Shown one piece after another: positions 53,326 to 64,000 of a stretch of DNA of 64,000 bases. The translations under genes and the position numbers were made by a program. The notes beneath the pieces are model-generated. The model saw only the letters and a list, made by a program, of their open reading frames with translations, was not told where the DNA came from and ran no database searches. Source of the stretch: Antedon mediterranea (taxonomy: Eukaryota; Animalia; Echinodermata); the NCBI RefSeq assembly GCF_964355755.1, contig NC_092671.1:15500001-15564000 (forward strand), in the 5' to 3' direction. Position 1 is the stretch's first letter. Each line of letters starts with the position of its first letter.

Positions 53326-56300
53326 ATGGAGGTCCTCTCTTACCAACTAGTTGTTCTGTTGAGTCTGGTTGCTATAGGGATTGCAAACATTCCCCTTGAA
53401 CAAGAGGGAGATCATGTTTGTGAGAAAATTGAAAGGTAATTATCTTACGTTGTTCTATAATTGCCAAAATATATTTATTACATTTTTAAATTATTTACTA
53501 TTGGATTGGACATTACTATATATGCAGTACACAATACAGTCAACTCTCCCAATAACAGACTTTTCTTGAGGTCCAAAACGTCCCAAATTCCTTTTTTTAT
53601 CATTAAAAACACATTCCGAATACCAGACTTTCCGGAAAACTAGACATATTTAGCAAGTCCAAAGGTGTCCGGTATTGGGAGAGTCATGGAGTAAGTTACT
53701 CCATGTGAGAGTTTACATTAACTTTATATTAACTACCTCGTCAAAGTGACAAGTTCAAATCAGCTAGTTGGTTATTTTCTTTCTTATAATAGTGATTCCT
53801 ATTTATCATCATCATAACCATCATTAAACATTATAAATATCATAATCGTTAGAGTAATGTCCTCCTTTTTATTACAGCTACCTGGAGTCATATGCAGCCT
53901 CCTTTCAAGAACCGTATCAGCAAACGTACTACACAACATGCTCCGACATCCGTAACCTATTCAAGTGTACCAGAAGAAGGTAAAGTTGAAAGTCTATTTA
54001 TGGATCCTTGTTAACTCATGAACTTTAACCTTATTTTTCAAGTAATGTAAACAAACTCAACAGCAATATTAGTTTCATTGAGATATAATTCTAGATCAAA
54101 TTTGAGGTGTTCTATGGTTTTTGGGGAAGGAAGAGGTCTACTTTTTAAAACATAAACTAAAACTTATCCAAGCAAAGATTATGCTTACCATACTGTACAT
54201 TTTGTTTGAGTGTACTGTATCCTCAGGGAAGAAAATTCCTTGAACCAGTGGAAGTATTACTATTAGTATGACCACTGAAAAAACAATCTACTACTGTCTG
54301 TAAACTGTGGCATTTGTACTCATCAAGGTAACTAATTACAATTACAAATAAAGAATAAGACTGATTTCTTTTTTAAATGCTTCCTAATTACATTTCCCAT
54401 TTTAAAATGTTAGATGGATCCATAACCCTGACTATAATTAACTTAAACACCCTATAGATTTGATGGCAATGGCAAACAAATTAATTTGATCAATTTCACA
54501 TAGCTAATTAAAGTTGTAATAATTGTATTACGATATGTCACAGGTTTTTAGTGTATAGGTTATACAGTATTAAGTCCTAGTATTCAATCAGTATTCATAT
54601 TATTTATTAATCTTTTAATATTTAGTCCTAGTAGTACAGTATTGAATTGTTGATATTAATCTTTAATATTTTGGTCTTGGTATATTATTTAGTCTTTAAT
54701 ATTACAGTAATCTTTAATATTTAGTCCTAAGTACAGTATTTCATTTTTAATATTAATCTTTAATATTTAGTCCTAAGTACAGTATTTCATTTTTAATATT
54801 AATCTTTAATATTTAGTCCTAAGTACAGTATTTCATTTTTAATATTAATCTTTAATATTTAGTCCTAAGTACAGTATTTCATTTTTAATATTAATCTTTA
54901 ATATTTAGTCCTAAGTACAGTATTTCATTTTTAATATTAATCTTTAATATTTAGTCCTAAGTACAGTATTTCATTTTTAATATTAATCTTTAATATTTAG
55001 TCCTAAGTAATGTATTTAATTTTTAATATTAATCTTTAATATTTAGTCCTAAGTACAGTACTTAATTTTTAATATTAATCTTTTAATATTTAGTCCTAAG
55101 TACAGTATTTAATTTTTAATATTAATCTTTAATATTTAGTCCTAAGTACAGTACTTAATTTTTAATATTAATCTTTTAATATTTAGTCCTAAGTACAGTA
55201 CTTAATTTTTAATATTAATCTTTTAATATTTAGTCCTCGTAAAGTATTTAATTTTTATTATTAGTCTTTAAAATTTAGTCCTTTTTAAAATTAATCTTTA
55301 ATATTTAGTCCTAGTACAGTTTTTAATTTTTAATTTAATTTTGTAATTTATTCCTAGTAAAGTATTTAATTTTTAATATTAATCTTTAATATTTAGTACT
55401 ACAGTAGTACAATATGCAATTTTTAATAATTATTAATCTTTTAATATTTAATCCTAGTACAGTATTTGATCTTTTATACTAATATTTTAATATATAGTCC
55501 TAGTAACAGTATAATTACTTAAAATGGTTATAAAACTAAAACAAAGCAGAAAGACAATATCAAAGTTGAAGGGCACAGTTTTGTGGGTGAAACAAAAACT
55601 ACAGTAGACCTACTGCAGCTGGAGTAATAATACCAAACAAATTTACCAAGGAAACCTGTGGTTTAGACCTTCTAGAAGTTGCTATTGTTAACTGTATCAT
55701 AAAAACACTGTTTGAACGCACGCATTCTAAAATACATATAGACTTTTAAACAATGTTAAGAATTGACAGAAAGTTTACACATGTGTGTCTTTTGAGTCCA
55801 CACTTTCCCATTCAGGATCTATTCTAACCCTCTATTTTCATTGGATTGGTTTTTTCTTTGTGTCAGGAACACTTAATTAATTTTACAGATGTAAAATTAT
55901 AAAGTACATCATTATTTACTGTATTCGGTCAATTCATACTCATTTTATCACCATACACTGCATTAACTTTAATCAGTCCCATGATATTATCGGTTGCTGT
56001 TCCTTATTACATATCCCATACTACAACTAGTCCCATCTATGACATATTAATATTTGTTCTGCTATACATGTACAGTTGCTGTTGACCACTCCCTACTTTG
56101 GTTCCTGTGATCCTTAACAATTATAAAATATAAACAGAATTCGACAAACTTAATTGAATGCCTTTTGGCAAGGTTTATTTCAAAATAGGTTTGAAATACA
56201 ATGTTTATATCGACTTCATTTCTGCTAAATTCGTACTTACAAATAACCATTTAAATCAGCAGGAAATCGCTAGCATTAACCAAAATTCAATGCTCTCAGA

Positions 56301-59300
56301 CTGTCAATTCAAGCGTTACTACAATGTAGTTGACCAAAGGTCTGCCAAAACCAGAAAATATCGTCTGCTGCCATAAATTGTGGTTAATTTATTCACATGG
56401 TTTATCTGGTTATTTTTTCGCGCCAGAAACCATGACCATGATATCTTGGAATTGTAGTATGGATATCGTACAGTATACTTTATATTTTAAAATATTGCGG
56501 CATTGTTTAAGAGGATCCCCATGTGTTTAACATATTAGATGGTCCCTGCTTTCAAATGTTTTGTCATATAACATTTTATTATTCTACACCATGACATTTA
56601 TGTTCGTTCAGGTGTTGATTTTTTATACATACTTTCAATTACTATAGTTAAATTTATATTGAATATGATTATTGTCTATTATCTATTCTAAAATTGAAAA
56701 TTTTATCAAAATTTAATTATTTTAGATTAATTATTTATAATTTATTAATTAATTACTGTACAGTAGGCCTGTTATGCTATCTTCACTTTGTGAAATCAAT
56801 TAAATTATTTATTATTTATTATGAAATGATTATGGTTCCATTAGATAGTTAAAAGGTTATAAATTATAAATACAGCCATCATCTCTATCTTTGCAGCTTC
56901 ATGTCTGCATAAATCAATAAATTAAACAGCTTTTCAGATCAATGTGTTAAACTTAAAGTCCAATCACAACAATTTCATAATTCCATCACTGAATCGTCTC
57001 TGCTACAATGACACAATAAGCCCATGAACATAATTTGAGTGGGCTTAATCTATAGAAATGATTAGATTGGTGGATCCACCAGCCCTTTCCCTACCCCCTT
57101 GAATCCGCCTTTGAGTGAATATCGTATAACCGATTGTGGCTTATAAATATAGATTAAAATAGTTTACTTGACCTAAAATTATTTAAAAATCTATATTATA
57201 ATATACAGTGAATTTTGAAAATTAATTGCACAAATTTAGTAATTAATTTGTCTGTGCTTGGTATTCATTTAGAATATTCTCATCGTTTTATTTCTTGCAG
57301 ACTTCTGTACCGTAAGGCTTACAGACAGGAAGTGCGCACAATGTACCGAGCTAAGCGAGAATGTTGCTCAGGTTATGCAAGGAGTGGATCGAATTGTATT
57401 CGTAAGTACAGTTTGAATTTTACATTTTTAGTTTATAATAGTTTTTAATGTACTATCCGCTTTATATAAAGCTCTGTCTACACTATCAAACTTGATGTGG
57501 CAAAAGAAATGTGATGTGGTGCCAATATATAGACATGATGATGTCATATCACAACCATATTTGGACATATGACAACCATATTTGGGCACATCACACTTTT
57601 TTTGATAGTATAGACAGAGCTTAAGATTACACTTTGTACAGTAATGTATTTATAAAACATGATGATATTTTTGTTTTACTTTCAGCTTTGTGTTCTCCCA
57701 GTTGTCTACATGGCACATGTATGTCACCAAATAATTGTGAATGCATTGCTGGTTATCGTGGAGATCAGTGTCAAAGTCGTAAGTATTACAGTAATGTTAT
57801 TTATATTTTTTACATACAGTCACAATAACATACAGTCACAATAGCATACAAGTGTTTTTTAGTACTTATGTTAATCAGAATTTGACGCAATTACAATAGG
57901 CACCAAAGAAGCTAGTGTTTGTCAATTTGGTTACCAATCATTATTTACACACAGACACCATTCAGACAAGACATAAACAAATTATTAGAAAATATATACA
58001 TTATAACAATTTTTTTTAAATAATTTAAAAAAATAGGCCGCCCACAACATCATCATCTCTAGTGAGACACTTCCTTGTAAGAGCTTTGAGTCCAAACATT
58101 TGTGTGTAGTTTCAAAATAAGTTAAAATGACAGAAAAAAGGTATACTGTATTTAGATCTTGTTGTAAATGTTTAAAAGTCTCCCTTTTCAGTGTGAAGTC
58201 ATACCTAATTTCTTCACATCATGTAGTGAGTGTATTTTGTCGATAAATAAAAGTAATTTTACATTACCTATATGATTCAATTTTAGCTTGCAAGGAAAAC
58301 TTTTGGGGTGTGGCGTGTGCTGAGAAATGTCAATGTGAAAATGGTGCTTCTTGTGACCCACTTAATGGAATATGTTCCTGTACCCCTGGATTTACAGGTC
58401 TGTAAATAATAATATTTATATAATAAAGAAAGATAATTTTGATAATTGAAACTACCAATATCGCATGTTGATTTTTTTCCTGAACAAAGATCATTTACAT
58501 TCCAGGTGCAAATTGCAATGCTACATGCAGTGTTGGTCTTTATGGACAAGACTGCTTGTTACCTTGTGAATGTAAGAATGATGCCGAATGTGACCCTGTC
58601 AATGGTGTCTGTAAATGCAAACCTGGCTTCACAGGACCCTAGTAAGTGGTCACTTATTTTGTAACTAAATAATCATGTTAAGCTCTGTCTACACTATCAA
58701 ATTTTATGTGAAAAAAATGTGACGTGCCCATATATGGGCATGATGATGTTCCCATATATGGGCATGATGATGTCATTTTTTTAAAAAGATATTTTGATAG
58801 TGTAGACAGAGCTTTAAATTAATTTATATTCACATTGTGTATTTTATGTTGTGTGTGTGTGTTGTGTGGAAAAAAAATTACTATACTATACTACCTTACT
58901 ACTACCGAACATGTACATACATGCAAAATGTTAGCAGAAAAGGCAATTGCGTCATCTAACTACGAAATAATATTACTACTACTTGACATGACCAGTACAT
59001 TTGACACGGTGCGGAGGAATACTCTATTCGACATACTGACACATATATTACAAGATGATGAACTACACATGTTGAAAGTTTTGACAAACAATGTAAAATT
59101 AAGCGTTCGAATTGGAAAACAGACAGGAAAATTGTTTACTACTACACTAGGAGTACCACAAGGTGACTGCATGTCTCCGATACTGTTCACACTATACCTA
59201 GCAAAGGCATTCGAATCAGCAAACACAACACCACTACCCCTACAACAGCTTAATATCCAGATGCAGTATGCAGATGACATTTCATTTATTAGCGACTCAA

Positions 59301-62300
59301 AAGAACAATGTAACAGAAAAATTAGCAGAATTCAATCTAAAGATAAACGAAAGTAAAACAGAAGAATACCTAATAGGAAGAAACACAGATAGTAAATGGG
59401 AAGAATGCAAATACCTCGGTAGTAACTTGGACACAGAAAAAGACATTAAAAGAAGAAAATCACTAGCAACTATGGCATATAACAAGCTGAAGTCGTCGCT
59501 AGAACACAAAACGATGTCTATAGACGTGAAATCCCGTTTGTTTGACGCATACATAGCAAGTATTTTCTTATATAACAGTGAACTCTGGGTACTAAACAAA
59601 AAATTACAAGAGAGTATAGATATATATCACAGGAAAATGTTGCGAAAGATGATAGATATTAAATTAACAGATAGAGTGTGTAACACAAAAATATACGAGA
59701 TAACAAAACAAGAAGAATGGAGTAAAAGAATTAAACGAAGGAGACTAAAATGGTATGGACACATAATTAGATTACCGGATGATACCCCAATCAAACAAAC
59801 AATGAAGGAAACTAACAGGAAAGTAAAACGACCCGTAGGAAGACCAAGAAATAACTGGATGAATCAAATAAAGAAAGACTTACAAGGACTAGTAGACACT
59901 AACACAATAACAAACCATCCTGCCATAAACAGAAAAAAATGGAAACAAATTGTGGAAAGCGTAATGTCGGAAGACGGAAAACGTTAGCAACAACAACAAC
60001 TACCTTTAAACCAATATGTTTGTATAAGGAATGAGGAATTTATATTTATCTTTGTCTTCACACCTCTAGCTGTGAATCGACTTGTCCAAGCGGCACTCAT
60101 GGCTTAAACTGTGCCTTAGAATGTAGCTGTCACCATGGATCGTGCCATCATGAAACAGGGGAGTGCACATGTGAAGCTGGATGGAAGGTAAATATTATAT
60201 AAAAGAGTCATGTGTATTTTAATTTACTAAAGATTATTAGTTTAACATTGTTTGCAATACTATTTACAGGGTGAAATGTGTTCAATAAAGATTATTAATT
60301 TTAAAATTGTTTGTAATAATATTTACAGGGTGAAATTTGTTCAATAAAGATTATTAATTTTAAATGTGTTTGTAATACTATTTACAGGGCGAAATTTGTT
60401 CAATACCGTGTGAACAAGGCACATACGGTGCTAATTGCACCGAGAAATGCGAATGCGATAATGCAGTATCATGTGACATAGCAACAGGAGAATGTACATG
60501 TCTTCCTGGTTACATCGGGCGAAGATGTAGAAAGAGATGCAAACAAGGTTTCTACGGTGGTGAATGTCTAGAAAGTTGTGGTTGCCAAAATGGTGCTTCA
60601 TGTTCACACATTGATGGAGAATGCACGTAAGTACATGTCTCACTCAATTATCAACCATTTCTGTGACCAGAGTTTAGTGGTGTACTTATACATATCATAT
60701 TCAGAAATCTAATTCAAAAGTAAGAAAAATTACGTTTTAGAGTTAATACACTTTTTAAATGTATTTTCTGTTGCAGGTGTCAGCCTGGATATGCTGGACT
60801 ACAGTGTGAACAAGATGGTACATTTATTTTTTAATTTAAAAAAATGATTATCTCCTAATGTGTACATAATGTATGGTGGCAGTTTTCAGGGAGTACAGTT
60901 TCAATAGAATAATAATATTTTTTTGGCATAGAGAACATGATAGAATTGCTAGGAAAATCAAATCAGCATACACTTTGATTTATTAGAGTGATATGGCGTA
61001 ATTGTATGGATATCAGAATACCATGTGAGAGGCATGGTTTCAAGACCTGCCAGTGTCATAAAGCATCTTACCTTGGGCAAAATGCTTTAAGCTCTGTCCA
61101 CACTATCAAACTAGTTGTGATGTGCCCTAATAATGTAGTGATATGACATCATCATGTCCATGTATGGGCACATCACATTTTTTTTGTAGCATAAAGTTTG
61201 ATAGTGTAGACAGAGCTTTACTCATTGCCTTGTAAACCGTTGGACCTGTGTATATATATTGTGCATGATAAAGGACTTGGTAAACTATTTAACAAGAGAA
61301 AGGAAATCACCTTCCGTACTGTGCCATCTGGGAGAGAAAATTCTTGCACTGAAAGAGGTCACCCAGTTTATAGAAGTTCAATAATCAAATCAAAGTTAAC
61401 TCTATTAAGAAAGTCAATCAACTTTATCTTTCACAGAATGCAGTGCATGGAAATATGGAAGTGATTGTACAAAGGATTGCATATGTAATAAAGAGAAAGC
61501 TTCAAGGTATTTCTCAATATCCTTTTTTATTACTAACATGATGTTCCAATAAATATCAGATGTTTCTTGATATATTGCATAGGCATGCCAATTTTCTAAG
61601 AATGCACATGCCCCAAAAGATACATGAATCGGTCCAGATCTATATTATTTCCCCCATGATTTTATCCTTAAACAAGCATGTTCTTTTCATCAACAATTCA
61701 TCTCCAACTTAACTTTATGTTTTAAAATTTAGTCTTCCGTATGATTTATGTAATGTACACTCCATTTTTTATGATTTTATTTATAGATGTCTGAGCCATA
61801 CTGGTGAATGTGTCTGTTCACCTGGGTACGAGGGTAGCAACTGTGAATCTCTATGTTCATTTGGATTCTATGGTCTTGAGTGTAAAGAATTGTGTGGGTG
61901 TCTGCATGGAAGTAAATGTAACCCTATCAATGGGTCTTGTACATGTACTGCAGGGTGGCGTGGAAAACAGTAAGTTGTTTAAAAATACTGTTCATTAGCT
62001 ATATAGTAAATTTCATGACATAATATATGTTTTCCAAAAACTGTACATATATTTTTATAACAATTTCAATTTTTTGTTTTACTATTTTAAAAGGTACCGT
62101 TATCACTTTTCACTTTAATACTTAACAAAATCCATATACTCTATTTCAGTTGTGAAATACCATGCATGTCTGGGTCATATGGATTGAACTGTGACCTTAC
62201 ATGCAAATGTTTGAATGGAGCAGTTTGTGACAATGTTGATGGTACTTGTGACTGTGCCCCAGGTATGTGCTCTCAAAATGTTGGTGAAATTTTACTGGAA

Positions 62301-64000
62301 AGAAAACGTATTTTTTATTTACAATGGTAAATCACACTCATGGTTTACCAACTGATCTAAAGTTCTGTCTACACTATCAAACAAAAAGTGTGATGTGTCC
62401 AAATATGGTAGTGATATGCCCAAATATGGTAATGATATGATATCATCATGTCCATGTGTAAATCACATTTTTTTGTCACATAAAGTTTGATAGTGTAGAC
62501 AGAGCTTAAAGTTAATAAATAAACTTGTTTACTTTGTTGGCAGGGTGGGATGGTATCCTGTGTGAGAAGCCTTGTACATCAGGTTTCTTTGGCAAGGGTT
62601 GTAATATGTCTTGCAATTGTGATAATGGTGCACCATGTGATCCTGTCAGAGGAACTTGTATATGCCCTGCAGGCTTTACAGGTGAAAAATGTGAGATGCC
62701 CTGTCAGGTACAGTATACATGATTTCTACTATAATGTTAATTCTTCGTCTATGTTGTTCCTAAAAAAGTAACACTACTACAAAATACTTATAATTTAGGC
62801 AAGTATACCTCGCTGATTAGATGTTTGTATATAAAAAATATTTGACAAATTTACAGTATTTACAATTTAATGTACACTCAATTATAGGCATCTATGTTTG
62901 GAATTGACTGTCAAAATAATTGCAGTTACTGTGGGTTAAATTCAAATGGATGTGACAATGTGATTGGTCAATGTATCTGTCTCCCTGGTTACACAGGTAA
63001 GTCCCAATTACATCATTGTTATTTCCATTTGTTTATTTTGTACACTATATAAATCTTTCTTATTCTTATCAACTATACTTGTTTTCAACAGGTGTCAATT
63101 GTAATAGCACTTGTCCTGATGGTTTCTGGGGACCAAACTGCAAACGGACATGTAGTTGTAAAAACAAAGGATCATGTGATCAATTTGATGGTTCGTGTAT
63201 CTGTCCTCCAGGATTTTCCGAAAAACATTGTGAAAACTGTATGTTGGTGTTTTTTTAAAATTAGTATGTTTATAATTAAATTCCTTTGAATATTAAAAAA
63301 AAACAAATAATAAAGTAAATTATGTAAAAGTAAAGTAAAGTAAAACTTTGTTCATTTCTGACTGTAGAAAACTAGGTTTTGCAATTTACGATATACATAT
63401 TAAAATATGATAACATTTTAAAAATATAAATAAATATCATACATATAAAAATTACTTTACGAGATATTGCAGAGATATTTTTGTAATTCTTATATATGAA
63501 GTTTTGTATTGTATTTGTTAGTGTGCAAGGATGGATTCTATGGTTTTGAGTGTGATTATGCTTGCCCTGATTGCCCAACTGGAACTTGTCACTCACGAAA
63601 CGCCAGCTGTGTCTGCCCGTCGGGATTTACAGGTCCAAAATGCTCACAAAGTAAGCAACAAATCTTCCTTTTGCATTAAGTTATATCAAGAAGTATTTAG
63701 TGTAAAGCAGTTGTAATAATAAATCATACAATTCATTTGAAAAATTTTGTAACAAAATATTTAAGTTCTGCATGGGAGAAACATACTTAAAGTATCCCAA
63801 TGATCGATTTATAGTATTGTATTGTTACTTATAAATAGTTTTGAGTTTAATTACAGTTTAGTTATTCATGTCTTTTTATTTTTCAATATGTTCTGTTTTG
63901 TTTCTTGGACCGCACCGCATATATTGTGAGTGCCACCGATTCAAAGGTGCATGGTCAACAAACAAATAAATAAATAAATAAACTGGAAAAAATGTTGATT
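53326..64000 (+). CDS. MEGF10: MEGF10/MEGF11 (draper/CED-1)-like receptor: signal peptide, EMI domain, tandem EGF/laminin-EGF repeats; continues past the window end
   Basis: Exons 53326-53435 ([21 protein letters not shown]), 53878-53979 ([22 protein letters not shown]) and 57301-57401 ([23 protein letters not shown]) match the MEGF10/11 EMI pattern. EGF exons follow at about 57686, 58287, 58506, 60071, 60388, 60777, 61438, 61787, 62150, 62544, 62888, 63092 and 63521-63650. MEGF10 versus MEGF11 cannot be resolved. Confidence 0.88.
54600..55510. repeat. 46-47-bp AT-rich minisatellite with a homogeneous core and decayed edges
   Basis: Unit ATCTTTAATATTTAGTCCTAAGTACAGTATTTCATTTTTAATATTA; period 46 (54721 to 54767). 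Confidence 0.95.
57470..57621. mobile_element. MITE family A copy
   Basis: TIRs, TAA flanks. Confidence 0.85.
58681..58813. mobile_element. MITE family A copy
   Basis: TIRs, TTA flanks. Confidence 0.85.
58898..59998 (+). mobile_element. 5'-truncated, frameshifted non-LTR retrotransposon (RTE-like), reverse transcriptase C-terminal half
   Basis: RT motifs [23 protein letters not shown] and YADD, then a frameshift near 59300. Second frame gives [25 protein letters not shown] and [10 protein letters not shown]. (CAA)n tail; TSD ACTACCTT at 58890-58897 and 59999-60006. Confidence 0.92.
60228..60405 (+). repeat. 59-bp tandem triplication spanning an intron-exon junction
   Basis: TTTACAG|GG(T/C)GAAAT(G/T)TGTTCAATA at 60270, 60329 and 60388. 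Confidence 0.92.
60985..61370 (+). mobile_element. tRNA-derived SINE (Deu/Nin-like core) interrupted by a family A MITE at 61090-61217
   Basis: A-box-like TGGCGTAATTG and B-box-like GGTTTCAAGACC. CCTTGGGCAAAATGCTTTA resumes as CTCATTGCC after the MITE (TSD TTA), then GTAAACCG...GTGCATGATAAAGGA. Confidence 0.65.
62361..62506. mobile_element. MITE family A copy
   Basis: TIRs, TAA flanks. Confidence 0.85.

Noticed and set aside
54700-55250. CRISPR-like regular array
   Set aside because: Head-to-tail units with no unique spacers; eukaryotic context and no cas genes

Overview
AT-rich, intron-rich animal genomic DNA. A marine invertebrate such as an echinoderm is my inference from gene structure and repeat types; it is not proven. 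Five spliced protein-coding genes can be reconstructed by hand: the 3' part of an acidic protein I do not recognise (+, to 3617); a 3-exon GPI-anchored Ly6/uPAR three-finger protein (+, 8324-10726); TEP1, the telomerase/vault RNA-binding TROVE-NACHT-WD40 protein (-, 13266-36491); UBXN4/erasin (+, 39968-45410), head-to-head with TEP1 and containing a clear U12-type intron; and the 5' part of a MEGF10/11 (draper/CED-1)-like EMI-EGF receptor (+, 53326 to beyond the window end). Introns and intergenic DNA hold many non-autonomous DNA transposons: Harbinger-like MITEs, Kolobok-like TTAA elements, a Ginger-like element full of TTGCGCAA palindromes, CAG-ended elements with 5-bp TSDs, and a TIR element carrying a Pol III A/B-box cassette. 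There are also SINEs, a truncated RTE LINE and minisatellites. I found no unambiguous new multi-gene system. The best leads are the Pol III-cassette TIR family, the Ginger-like C/EBP-motif array upstream of the TEP1 start, the triplicated splice acceptor and the U12 intron. All coordinates were read by eye and may be off by a few bases.
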